Shown here: positions 23,458-32,194 of the stretch, piece by piece | How positions within the stretch are numbered: the first letter of the stretch is position 1 | Layout of the letters: each line of letters starts with the position of its first letter | NCBI GenBank assembly: GCA_009885515.1 | Contig: VFKO01000354.1 | Location: 1-33,539, forward strand | Origin: Rhodobiaceae bacterium | Lineage (GTDB): Bacteria > Pseudomonadota > Alphaproteobacteria > Micropepsales > Micropepsaceae | Reading direction: 5' to 3' | Length of the DNA stretch: 33,539 nt | Made by a program: the position numbers and the translations under genes | The notes under the pieces: generated by a model | Database searches by the model: none | What the model was told of the DNA's origin: nothing | What the model saw: the letters and a program-made list of their open reading frames with translations, nothing else

Positions 23458-24897
23458 TTGCAGCGTTCAGCAACTGAGTTGAAACCCTCTGATCGTATGT
23501 CCTGGTTGACCATCCTGGGCTTCGGCCAACTGGCAGTACCTTTGGCATTCGCAGGACTTCCCATCGCGGTTTTTGTCTCGAAGTTTTACGCCGAAGATTT
23601 GAAAATCAACATCGAAACCGTCGGCCTCATTCTCCTCGTGGCCCGCCTTGCCGACTTCATCGTCGACCCCATCATCGGTTACGCCAGCGACCGCACCACG
23701 TGGAGTTTGGGCCGCAGACGCACCTGGGTGTTGCTCGGTGCTCCGGTCTTCATGCTCGGCGTCTACATGCTGTTCCTGCCCCCTCCAGGCGCTGACGAAA
23801 CTCACCTTTTGATCTGGATAGCCGTCTTCTATCTGGGCTGGACAATGATCACAATTCCCTACGGCGCCTGGGGCGCCGAACTGTCCGGCGACTATAACGA
23901 ACGCTCGCGCATCACCGGCGTCCGCGAAGTCTTCACGCTCGTGGGCCTGGCGTTGGCCGGCGCCATCCCCGTCATCGTCGGCGTCGCATCGGCGGCCGAA
24001 GGCGGCGGCTACTGGAACGCGATGGCCGTGCTCGGCTGGACCATTGTCGTCCTCACGCCGTTCGGTGTCGCCATCATGTTCGCCTCCACACCCGAAACGC
24101 CCTATGGCTCGACCGAACACGTCTCGGTTTGGAAAGGTGCGAAGGCGGCCATTTCCAACCTGCCGTTCTTGCGCTTGTTCTTTGCCACTTTTTTCGTTCG
24201 CATAGCCTCCCGCGCCGCTGAAGTCTTATTCTTGTTCTATATGGTGGACGCGGTCGGTCTGACCAAGGCCCAGGGCAACCATTTTCCCCTGGCCCTTATC
24301 ATTGCTGCCATCGTCTTCGCGCCCCTGTGGATCTGGCTTGGCGGCAAGATCACCAAACACCGGGCACTATCCATCGCCATGCTCATCGGCGTAGGTGTTT
24401 TTGCAACCTTGCCCCTGCTTCAGGATTTTGGCTACTGGCCCAATCTCGCATTATTCGCGTTGTTGGGCGCTGCATTTTCAGCTCCCTATACATTGGGCCA
24501 ATCCATCGCCGCCGACGTTGTCGATCTCGATTCACTGCGAACCCACGAACCACGCGCTGGCCTTCTGATCTCCTTCTTCGGCCTCGCCATCAAAGGCGGC
24601 GATGCTGTCGGGGCGGGCTTCGCGCTGATGCTCGTGGGTTATCTCGGTTTCAGCTCAGGCGTTGTCGAGAAATCTCCGGAAGCCATTTCCGCTCTGACCT
24701 ATGTATTCTCGCTCCTGCCCATCGTCTTCTACGTTCCAGCTATAGCTCTTCTGTGGTCGTTTCCCATCACTCCGGACGTCCAGCGCCGCATACGAAGCCT
24801 GGTCGAGCATCGCGCCAAACGCGCCCCTAAGCGCCCAGAGCAAACGACTTCGCAATCAATTCATACGACCGCACCCGCGCTGCAAAATCAAAGGTGA
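23458..24897 (+). CDS. MFS transporter, glycoside-pentoside-hexuronide (GPH/MFS_2)-like
   Basis: About 12 TM segments. The GPH-like loop reads GYASDRTTWSLGRRRTWVLLGAP. TTG 23458 has AGGAG 8 nt upstream. Alternative starts are GTG 23449 and ATG 23497. Confidence 0.75.
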   Translation: MQRSATELKPSDRMSWLTILGFGQLAVPLAFAGLPIAVFVSKFYAEDLKINIETVGLILLVARLADFIVDPIIGYASDRTTWSLGRRRTWVLLGAPVFMLGVYMLFLPPPGADETHLLIWIAVFYLGWTMITIPYGAWGAELSGDYNERSRITGVREVFTLVGLALAGAIPVIVGVASAAEGGGYWNAMAVLGWTIVVLTPFGVAIMFASTPETPYGSTEHVSVWKGAKAAISNLPFLRLFFATFFVRIASRAAEVLFLFYMVDAVGLTKAQGNHFPLALIIAAIVFAPLWIWLGGKITKHRALSIAMLIGVGVFATLPLLQDFGYWPNLALFALLGAAFSAPYTLGQSIAADVVDLDSLRTHEPRAGLLISFFGLAIKGGDAVGAGFALMLVGYLGFSSGVVEKSPEAISALTYVFSLLPIVFYVPAIALLWSFPITPDVQRRIRSLVEHRAKRAPKRPEQTTSQSIHTTAPALQNQR

Positions 24898-25849
24898 TCG
24901 TCAGCACCACGGCTTCTTCGGCGCCATACTCGCCAGCAATCTTTTCAAGTCCTGCTCGCACCCGTTCTGCCGTTCCGGTAATTCCGCGCGCAGCAATGCC
25001 CCGCAACATCACCCGGTCCTCAGGCGTATACGCATAGGCCGCTGCTTCCTCCGGCGACGGGAATGGCCCCGCCTGATTGCGCAGCAACTGCATCACCCAA
25101 AGATTGCGCGTCAGGCACAAGCGCTCGGCCTCAGCCTCGGTATCAGCCGCCAGTGCAAACACCGCCACACTCACCCGGGGCACGTCGCCATCGCGATGCG
25201 GTTTGAACTGCCGACGGTACGTCTGCGCCGCCTCTGCACCGCTGCCGTCAGGCGAAATAAACTGCGCAAACGACAATGGCAGCCCAAGCTCTGCCGCAAA
25301 AACAGCACCGCTCAGACTTGAAGCCAGCATCCACATTTCCGGCATCCCCGGCCCGCGCGGCGAAGCATGGATTTGCCGGTAGGGATGCGTCGCAGGCCAT
25401 TCGGCAAGACCTGCCGCCTCCTCAAGATAGTGCCGCAGCAACTCCGCCTGTTGGGGAAACGCAGCGATATCCCAAGCCTGCGGCCCCGCTTGCAGCGCCA
25501 CACTCGTGCGCCCATCCGCTCCCGGCGCCCGGCCAATGGCCAGATCGACCCGCCCCGGATAAAGCGTCTCCAACATCCGGAAATTCTCGGCCACCTTCAG
25601 CGGACTGTAGTGCGGCAGCATGATCCCGCCCGAGCCGACGCGGATCGTTTTCGTTTCCGAAGCGACCCGCGCGATCAAAATCTCGGGTGTCGAGCCCGCA
25701 AACGAACTCGTGTTGTGATGCTCGGCCAGCCAATAGCGGCTGTAGCCGAAGCGCTCGCAACACTTCGCAAGTTCAATCGTCTCACGCACGGCATCAGCGG
25801 CCGTGCCACCTTTGCGAATGGGCGATTGATCAAGTGCGCTAAGTTTCAT
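24827..25849 (-). CDS. LLM-class (luciferase-like) flavin-dependent oxidoreductase
   Basis: MKLSALDQSPI...FGYSRYWLAEHHNTSSFAGSTPEILIA is the typical N-terminus of the YhbW/LLM family. I use ATG 25849. The ORF extension to 25894 overlaps the upstream gene. Confidence 0.85.
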   Translation of the reverse strand: MKLSALDQSPIRKGGTAADAVRETIELAKCCERFGYSRYWLAEHHNTSSFAGSTPEILIARVASETKTIRVGSGGIMLPHYSPLKVAENFRMLETLYPGRVDLAIGRAPGADGRTSVALQAGPQAWDIAAFPQQAELLRHYLEEAAGLAEWPATHPYRQIHASPRGPGMPEMWMLASSLSGAVFAAELGLPLSFAQFISPDGSGAEAAQTYRRQFKPHRDGDVPRVSVAVFALAADTEAEAERLCLTRNLWVMQLLRNQAGPFPSPEEAAAYAYTPEDRVMLRGIAARGITGTAERVRAGLEKIAGEYGAEEAVVLTITFDFAARVRSYELIAKSFALGA

Positions 25850-26258
25850 CCGCCAAGGGTCTATGCGCTTGCCGGTCGCCAAGCAAGCTCGCACCCAGTC
25901 CCGTCAGTGTAATTGCAAACATCGCGCCAATCACCAGTGTCAACCACGGTTCATCCAGCGACGACTGGGCGTTCGTGTTTGCGACTTCGGTGCCCGCACT
26001 CATGAGGTCAGACACATGCCCGAACAGTGACATGTAAAACATGGCGCTCGTAAATCCCCACCCTGCGGTCAAGATCGCCGTGCCGCGATTGCCCGGGCTC
26101 CAAAGTACCGACACCGCGCCCCATTGCAGAAGCAGCACGGCGATGTAGTCCACGACCCAGAAAGGCCACCATTGAACCTCGCCCGAGTTGCGCAAGGCCT
26201 CGGCGACGGCAAGAAAAGTTCCAAACCCAAGCGCGAGCCACGCCGCGAAATTCTTCAT
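25839..26258 (-). CDS. hypothetical membrane protein (4 TM helices)
   Basis: ATG 26258 lies directly after the CoA-transferase stop at 26260. The hydrophobic 139-aa protein begins MKNFAAWLALGFGTFLAVAEAL. No family is recognised. Confidence 0.5.
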   Translation of the reverse strand: MKNFAAWLALGFGTFLAVAEALRNSGEVQWWPFWVVDYIAVLLLQWGAVSVLWSPGNRGTAILTAGWGFTSAMFYMSLFGHVSDLMSAGTEVANTNAQSSLDEPWLTLVIGAMFAITLTGLGASLLGDRQAHRPLADET

Positions 26259-26259
26259 G

Positions 26260-27474
26260 TTACCCCAAGCGGTTTTCGACAACCGCCCCCAACCCAATCA
26301 ACTGATCGATCTCTTCCTCACCATAGCCTGCCTCACGCAACACCGCACGATTGTCGGCACCGAAATCGGGCGGCGTGTGACGGGTCTGCGCTTCATTACG
26401 GGACATTTTCACCGGGGAGGCGATCCCCCGGTAGGAATTTCGCTCGACAAGCATTTCCCGCGCCGCCGTCTGCGGATCGTTGAGCGCCTCTTCGATCGTG
26501 TTCAGCGGACCCGCAGGCACTCCTGCCTTCAGAATCTCCAGCGCAACCTTTGGTCCATCCACGTTCGCAAAGGCATCGCGCAACAGCGTTGTCAGCTCCG
26601 CCCGATGCGCATTGCGATCCGCCATCGTTTTGAACCTTGGATCGTCGGCAACCGCCGCCATCCCCAATACAGTCAACGCCTTGCGAAACTGTCCATCATT
26701 GCCGATCCCCAGATAGATAGGCCGCGTTGCCGTCGGGTAAAGGTCATAAGGCGTCAAATTCGGATGCGCGTTGCCCAAGAGTTTCGGCGTTCGTCCATCC
26801 ATCAACCAATTGCCTGAATGCGGATGCAGGATCGAAAGCCCCGCGTCATAGAGCGCCACCTCGACAAACTGTCCAGTGCCGGCGTGCCCCCTGGAGTGCA
26901 GCGCCAGCAGGATCCCGATCACCAGATTGAGCCCCGTTGCCATGTCCACCATCGGCACGCCTAATTTCACCGGCCCTGACTCCGGCGAACCGTTGCACGA
27001 CGACAAACTGGTCATCGCCTGCACGATCGCATCATAGCCGGGCATGCCGCCAAGTGGCCCCTCGCTGCCGAAGCCCGACACCCTTGCATGGATCAGCCGC
27101 GGAAAACGCTTCGACAAAACGTCGAACCCCATCCCCCATCGCTCCATCGTGCCACTCTTGAAATTCTCGACCAGCACGTCGGCATCGCCAAGCAACTTGA
27201 ACACCACCTCCCGCGCCTCTGGCTTCGTGAGATCGAGCGCCATCCCGCGCTTGTTGCGGTTGATATTCACATAATACGCCGAAGCCCCGCTCGCGCGATC
27301 GCCGTCCCGGAACGGCGGTCCCCATTCGCGCGTCTCGTCGCCTTGGGGCGGCTCTACTTTGATCACGTCCGCCCCATGATCGCCCAAGATCTGCGTCGCA
27401 TACGGTCCGCCGAGCACGCGGCTCAGATCGATCACTTTGATCCCGGCCAAGGCCCCGGTATTCTTGGTCGCCAT
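26260..27474 (-). CDS. CaiB/BaiF family (class III) CoA-transferase
   Basis: The N-terminus LAGIKVIDLSRVLGGPYATQILGDHGADVIKVEPPQGDETR is characteristic. About 404 aa, starting at ATG 27474. Confidence 0.9.
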   Translation of the reverse strand: MATKNTGALAGIKVIDLSRVLGGPYATQILGDHGADVIKVEPPQGDETREWGPPFRDGDRASGASAYYVNINRNKRGMALDLTKPEAREVVFKLLGDADVLVENFKSGTMERWGMGFDVLSKRFPRLIHARVSGFGSEGPLGGMPGYDAIVQAMTSLSSCNGSPESGPVKLGVPMVDMATGLNLVIGILLALHSRGHAGTGQFVEVALYDAGLSILHPHSGNWLMDGRTPKLLGNAHPNLTPYDLYPTATRPIYLGIGNDGQFRKALTVLGMAAVADDPRFKTMADRNAHRAELTTLLRDAFANVDGPKVALEILKAGVPAGPLNTIEEALNDPQTAAREMLVERNSYRGIASPVKMSRNEAQTRHTPPDFGADNRAVLREAGYGEEEIDQLIGLGAVVENRLG

Positions 27475-27541
27475 CAGTACGCTCCGCTCTTTGCGCCCGC
27501 ATAGCACACCGGTCGTCCTGAACCCGCCATCGTTGAGAAAG

Positions 27542-29452
27542 TTACTCCCAGAGTTTCATGCCGATCCAGCCGTACGACCAGAGATAGCCCGCGAAGGCCA
27601 GCGTTGCCATGCCGCTCAGCCAGGCGACCCCGCGTGCAAGGATGTTTGCGTCGGGAGCGCCCATGGCTGAGCGGAGCAACGTGAGGACGCCCAAAGCAGG
27701 CGTGGCTAGCGTCGCGCCATAGAGGGCCCATCCAAGCGGGCTTGGTTTGCCGAGTTGGTCGAGGCTTGCGCCTGCGAAGCTGAAAATGGCGATCCCTGTG
27801 ACGGCGACAGTCGAAAGCATCGCGAGCCACGGCAGCAACCTGATCGTCAAGCCGCCGCGTTCTCGCAATCGGCCGAAGAATGCGCTGGGGATCCAGATCA
27901 GCATGTAGAGGGCAGTCAGCACGAGAGCGAGCGCGTACACCGCCGCAAGCGCCGCTTTGCTCACGAGTTCCGCGAGCGGCACTTTGCGGTCGGCGCCGAT
28001 CGCCGTAAACATCAGCATGTCGTCGCCTTTGGGTACGAAGACGATATTGGGCGCGGCCTTGTCAGACTTCTGGAAGATGTTGTTGCCGATATGAATGCGT
28101 TTCGTGTCGTTGAACTCGAGTTCGCCGCCCTTTGCGCGCGCGGTTTGCCAGCTGAAGATGCTCTCAAGGACCGCGAGCTTCTGCTGGCGTGGCGTGATTG
28201 ATTGGTAGAAACCGGTCAACCGTTCCAATTCGGCAGGTGCCAAAGGCACTGTGACGGCCATTGACTCGGGAAAATTGCGCTCAAGGTAGCTTCTGATTTC
28301 ATCGCCGGCCGCGAAGACTTCCGACGCGCCAAGGTTCCCCATGACCACGAAGCCGGCACCTTGGCCGGGCGCGTATTCGTATTTCGAGACGAACCCGTCG
28401 ATGCCGCCGTCGTGGCCGAAGAACAGGCCCTTCTTGCCGGCATAGATCATGTTGCCCAGACCGTAGCCGTATTTCAGGCCGGCGCGCGCGCCGTCGTTGG
28501 ATTCGGGGCGCTCGATCCGCTCGACGGAGGCGGTGCCCAGGTACGTGCGTCCGTCCAGCGTGCCGCGGCCGAGCATCAGCAACGGCAGCTTCGCCAGGTC
28601 TCTCGAGGTGACGTTCAGCGACCCCGCCGGCCGTCCCAGGATTTCGACGAACGGCTCTTCCTTGGCGCCTCCGTCGCTGTAGCTCTTGGACAGCCGATCG
28701 CTGATTTGCGGTTCGCGCGTCCAATAGGCGCTCTCCATGCCGAGCGGGCCGGTCAGGCGGCTTGCAATGAAGTCCTGAAATTTCTGCCCGCTGACCTTTT
28801 CGATAATGCGCCCGGCGATCACAGGCCCCGCGTTGCAGTACGACGTCATCGTGCCGGGCTTCCAGCGGCTCGTGTAGGGCCCGTACTTGTCGACGGCCTC
28901 AGACAGCGGAACATCTTTGCCTTCGAGCAAATAGTGGCGGAAGGTAATGTCGTCGAATCCCGTCGTGTGCTCGATCAGGTGCACGACGCGGATCGGGTCG
29001 GTCTTTTCCCAGGGGTTGTCGTATTTCAGTTCGGGCATCAGATCGGCAAGCTTTGCGTCGAGGTTGAGCTTGCCTTCTTCGACCAGCATCATAACCGCGA
29101 TGCTGGTGAAGCTTTTGGAGATGGAGCCCGCGCGGAAGACCGTTTCCGGGGTGACCGGCCTTTTCGTTTTGATGTCGGCAAAACCATAGCCTTTCGAAAG
29201 GACGATTTGCCCGCCCTCGACGATGGTAACGCTTGCGCCGGGGACTTTTCCTTTGGCGAATGCTTCAGCAAGCCGCTTGTCGAGCTCTTCAAGTGAGGCG
29301 GCAGGCTTGGGCTTCTCCGGTTCGGCCGCTTGAGCGCTGGCTGCAAACACAAAACCAACAACAACGGCCATGGCCGCGACGCAATGATTCAAGGCAACCC
29401 CCAGGAAGATGAGCAAGAACGTGCAATACCGTATCACGCGTGCTCCACGCAC
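27542..29452 (-). CDS. beta-lactamase-fold serine hydrolase with a C-terminal 4-TM membrane domain
   Basis: This is the only credible part of the 1997-aa ORF. Motifs are SxxK (GSISKSFT), YxN (SYCNAG) and GHDGG. The C-terminal 200 aa or so are hydrophobic. The start is either GTG 29452 ((M)RGARVIRY...AASAQA signal peptide) or ATG 29371. Confidence 0.8.
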   Translation of the reverse strand: MRGARVIRYCTFLLIFLGVALNHCVAAMAVVVGFVFAASAQAAEPEKPKPAASLEELDKRLAEAFAKGKVPGASVTIVEGGQIVLSKGYGFADIKTKRPVTPETVFRAGSISKSFTSIAVMMLVEEGKLNLDAKLADLMPELKYDNPWEKTDPIRVVHLIEHTTGFDDITFRHYLLEGKDVPLSEAVDKYGPYTSRWKPGTMTSYCNAGPVIAGRIIEKVSGQKFQDFIASRLTGPLGMESAYWTREPQISDRLSKSYSDGGAKEEPFVEILGRPAGSLNVTSRDLAKLPLLMLGRGTLDGRTYLGTASVERIERPESNDGARAGLKYGYGLGNMIYAGKKGLFFGHDGGIDGFVSKYEYAPGQGAGFVVMGNLGASEVFAAGDEIRSYLERNFPESMAVTVPLAPAELERLTGFYQSITPRQQKLAVLESIFSWQTARAKGGELEFNDTKRIHIGNNIFQKSDKAAPNIVFVPKGDDMLMFTAIGADRKVPLAELVSKAALAAVYALALVLTALYMLIWIPSAFFGRLRERGGLTIRLLPWLAMLSTVAVTGIAIFSFAGASLDQLGKPSPLGWALYGATLATPALGVLTLLRSAMGAPDANILARGVAWLSGMATLAFAGYLWSYGWIGMKLWE

Positions 29453-29680
29453 CGAAGCGATTGATGAACTCGTGGACAACAAAACCCCGCAAAATAACTC
29501 GCCTGCTTGGAGAAATTCACTTTGCGAGCATAGGCTGGGAGATGTAAGCATCACCGGCAACGAAGCCCATCTGCGGCCTCGCCAAGGGGTACAAAGCTGA
29601 TCGAACTGGTCCCAAGAAAACAGCTTGACGGCTTCATCGCCAAGTACGATCCGAGCATCGCAGCCTCCGCGCGACAGATA

Positions 29681-30046
29681 TTGGCCGCCATGCGCAAGCG
29701 GTTGCCAGGCGCATTGGAGCTTGTCTATGACAACTATAACGCGCTCGCCGTAGGCTTTGGCCCGTCGGAGAAAGTGTCTGATGTTGTATTCTCCATTGCC
29801 CTTTACCCGCGGTGGATCAGCCTGTTCTTTTTCAACGGGCCAAAGCTCAAGGACCCGAAAAAACTTCTGAAGGGAAGCGGCAGCAAGGTCCGCCACATCG
29901 TGCTCGAAAGCGCAAAGTCGCTCGCCGATCCGGATGTCGGTGCCTTGATGGACCAGGCCCTGATACTCAATCCGCTGAACGCCACTGGAAAACACCGCAT
30001 CGTCATAAAATCGGTCTCCGCGAAACAGCGCCCGCGACGGCCTTGA
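29681..30046 (+). CDS. DUF1801-like small protein (start unresolved)
   Basis: ALELVYDNYNALAVGFGPSEKVSDVVFSIALYPRWISLFFFNGPKLKDPKKLLKGSG resembles proteins I recall being annotated DUF1801. The reading frame is open and looks coding from about 29597, but it has no ATG/GTG/TTG before TTG 29681. Confidence 0.5.
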   Translation: MAAMRKRLPGALELVYDNYNALAVGFGPSEKVSDVVFSIALYPRWISLFFFNGPKLKDPKKLLKGSGSKVRHIVLESAKSLADPDVGALMDQALILNPLNATGKHRIVIKSVSAKQRPRRP

Positions 30047-30172
30047 GTGTTCACATTTCTCCCATTCGCTGTCATGGTCCGCGCAGGCGGACCACCCACG
30101 ACGTGACTTGAATTTGGTGTAAGAAGTCGTGAAAGGTCGGCCTTCGCCGAACAAGTCCACCGGAACCCCTCC

Positions 30173-31321
30173 ATGCCTCTCGACATTGAAACCCGTAACG
30201 AACTCATCGCCACCGTCCGCCGCTTCGTCAGCGAGCGCCTTGTTCCGAATGAGGACAAGACCGCGCGTGACGATCTTGTCCCCGATGCCATCGTCGCCGA
30301 GATGCGCGAGCTGGGCTTGTTCGGCATTTCCATCCCCACCGAATATGGCGGTCTCGGCCTGACCATGGAGGAAGAGGTCCTCGTCTGCATCGAACTCGGC
30401 CAGACCTCGCCCGCCTTCCGCTCGACCATTGGCACCAATGTTGGCATCGGCAGCCAGGGCCTGGTCATGTTCGGCCGCGAAGATCAAAAGCGCGAATGGC
30501 TGCCCAAACTCGCCAGCGGCGAAGCCATCGCCAGCTTCTGCCTCACCGAACCGGGTGCGGGCTCCGACGCTGCTTCGTTGCGCACCACCGCCATTCGCAA
30601 GGGCGACCACTTCGTCGTCAACGGCACCAAGCGTTACATCACCAACGCCAACAAGGCCTCGGTCTTCACGCTGATGGCGCGCACCGACCCCGCGAACAAG
30701 GGGGCAGGTGGCATCACCGCCTTCTTCGTGCCCGCGAACCTCAAGGGCATCACCATCGGCAAACCGGATCGCAAAATGGGCCAGCAGGGCGCCCATATCT
30801 GCGATGTGATTTTTGAAGACTGTCATGTCCCCGCAAGCTGCATGCTGGGTCAGGAAGGGCAGGGCTTTCGCGTTGCCATGCAGGTGCTGGATCGCGGCAG
30901 GCTTCACATCTCGGCCGTCTGCGTCGGCGTCTCCGAGCGTCTGATCCGCGACGCCGTCAAATACGCGCTGGAACGCGATCAGTTCGGCCAGAAGATCGCG
31001 GAGTTCCAGCTCATCCAGGCCATGCTCGCCGACTCCAAAACCGAATCCTACGCCGCCCGCTGCATGGTGCTCGACGCCGCGAGGAAGCGCGACGCCGGCG
31101 ACAACGTCACGATGGAGGCCGCGTGCACCAAATACTTCGCCTCCGAAATGGTGGGTCGGGTGGCCGACCGCGCCGTGCAAATCTTCGGCGGCGCCGGTTA
31201 CGTCACCGACTACGGCGTCGAACGCTTCTACCGCGACGTCCGCATTTTCCGCATTTACGAAGGCACCAGCCAGGTCCAGCAACTCGTCATCGCCAAAAAC
31301 CTGCTCAAATCCATGGGTTGA
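30173..31321 (+). CDS. acyl-CoA dehydrogenase
   Basis: 382 aa. Motifs are CLTEPGAGSDAASL and QIFGGAGY, with the catalytic Glu context IFRIYEGTSQVQ. Confidence 0.9.
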   Translation: MPLDIETRNELIATVRRFVSERLVPNEDKTARDDLVPDAIVAEMRELGLFGISIPTEYGGLGLTMEEEVLVCIELGQTSPAFRSTIGTNVGIGSQGLVMFGREDQKREWLPKLASGEAIASFCLTEPGAGSDAASLRTTAIRKGDHFVVNGTKRYITNANKASVFTLMARTDPANKGAGGITAFFVPANLKGITIGKPDRKMGQQGAHICDVIFEDCHVPASCMLGQEGQGFRVAMQVLDRGRLHISAVCVGVSERLIRDAVKYALERDQFGQKIAEFQLIQAMLADSKTESYAARCMVLDAARKRDAGDNVTMEAACTKYFASEMVGRVADRAVQIFGGAGYVTDYGVERFYRDVRIFRIYEGTSQVQQLVIAKNLLKSMG

Positions 31322-31356
31322 AAAAGTGCTGGCATTTTGATAGCATGATGCCAGCA
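31318..31356 (+). promoter_or_regulatory. candidate sigma-70 promoter (TTGAAA-N17-TAGCAT) overlapped by a 9-bp perfect inverted repeat; likely vapBC operator
   Basis: TTGAAA lies at 31318-31323 and TAGCAT at 31341-31346. TGCTGGCAT (31327-31335) and ATGCCAGCA (31348-31356) are separated by 12 nt. The site is 22 nt upstream of the vapB ATG. Palindromes overlapping the promoter are typical of autoregulated TA loci. Confidence 0.4.
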
Positions 31357-31377
31357 AATGAACTGGAGCATCATGAC

Positions 31378-31779
31378 ATGGCACCCAGAACAAAACCGAA
31401 AACCAGGGCACTGACGGTTCGCAAGCTACCTGAAGACCACTACAACTGGCTGCAAGAGCGTGCTGCCGCCAACGGCCGCAGCATGGAAGCAGAAATGCGC
31501 GAGATCGTAGCCCAGACGAAGCGAGGGGCCACCGAGTGGCCGCAGAAACCTCAAGACCAGTCGAGCACGGCGCCTCGCGGATTTGCCGAACCCGCGACGC
31601 GCGGGAAGGCCGGGCGCATCCCCAAGGGCAAGGCGAAGCCGGTAAAGAAATTGTCGAGCAACATGGCAATAGCAAAGCTGCAATTGCTTTTTGCCAAGGC
31701 AACAAAGGGCCGCAAGTCAAAAAAGCTATTGTCTGAGGAGTTTCTCGAAGAACGCCGTCGTATGTGGGGCGAGGAGTGA
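31378..31779 (+). CDS. vapB: ribbon-helix-helix (Arc/FitA-like) antitoxin with a long Lys-rich C-terminal extension
   Basis: GGAG lies 10 nt upstream of ATG 31378. RALTVRKLPEDHYNWLQERAAANGRSMEAEMREIV matches the RHH antitoxin pattern (TIRNL.d...L...A...GRSME.E.R.IL). The 3' end overlaps the PIN gene. The ORF extension back to 31123 overlaps the ACAD gene. Confidence 0.7.
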   Translation: MAPRTKPKTRALTVRKLPEDHYNWLQERAAANGRSMEAEMREIVAQTKRGATEWPQKPQDQSSTAPRGFAEPATRGKAGRIPKGKAKPVKKLSSNMAIAKLQLLFAKATKGRKSKKLLSEEFLEERRRMWGEE

Positions 31780-32153
31780 TCGCCCTCGATGCTTCTGCTC
31801 TCATCGCGCTGTTAAAGCTGGAGCCCGGATGGGAAGTTGTGGAACAGCATCTGCGGGCTTCAATCATTTCCTCGGTCAACTTGGCCGAAACCCTCAGCAA
31901 ATATGCCGAGTATGGTGGCGACATCGACCAGGCTATGTCGCTGTTTGAGGAAGCCGCCATCGAAATCGTCCCGGCCAGTTTTGAGCAAGCAGTTGACGTT
32001 TCCCGTTTGCGCTTGCCGACCAGGGCGTTCGGCCTTTCACTCGGGGACCGTTTCTGCTTTGCCTTGGCGCGTGAGCGCAAAATTCCCGTGCTGACGGCCG
32101 AGCATATCTGGGACAAAGTCAAGGTCGGTGTGAAAGTTGTTCGAATTCGCTGA
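31764..32153 (+). CDS. vapC: PIN-domain ribonuclease toxin VapC
   Basis: Contains (V)IALDASALIALL (first acidic residue), NLAETL, and LSLGDRFCFALA, with C-terminal IPVLTAEHIW. The start is GTG 31764 or GTG 31776; the latter overlaps the vapB stop as GTGA. Confidence 0.8.
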   Translation: MGRGVIALDASALIALLKLEPGWEVVEQHLRASIISSVNLAETLSKYAEYGGDIDQAMSLFEEAAIEIVPASFEQAVDVSRLRLPTRAFGLSLGDRFCFALARERKIPVLTAEHIWDKVKVGVKVVRIR

Positions 32154-32194
32154 CCGATTGTGCCAGTGTCGGTCCCAACGGAGAATTCATCACC

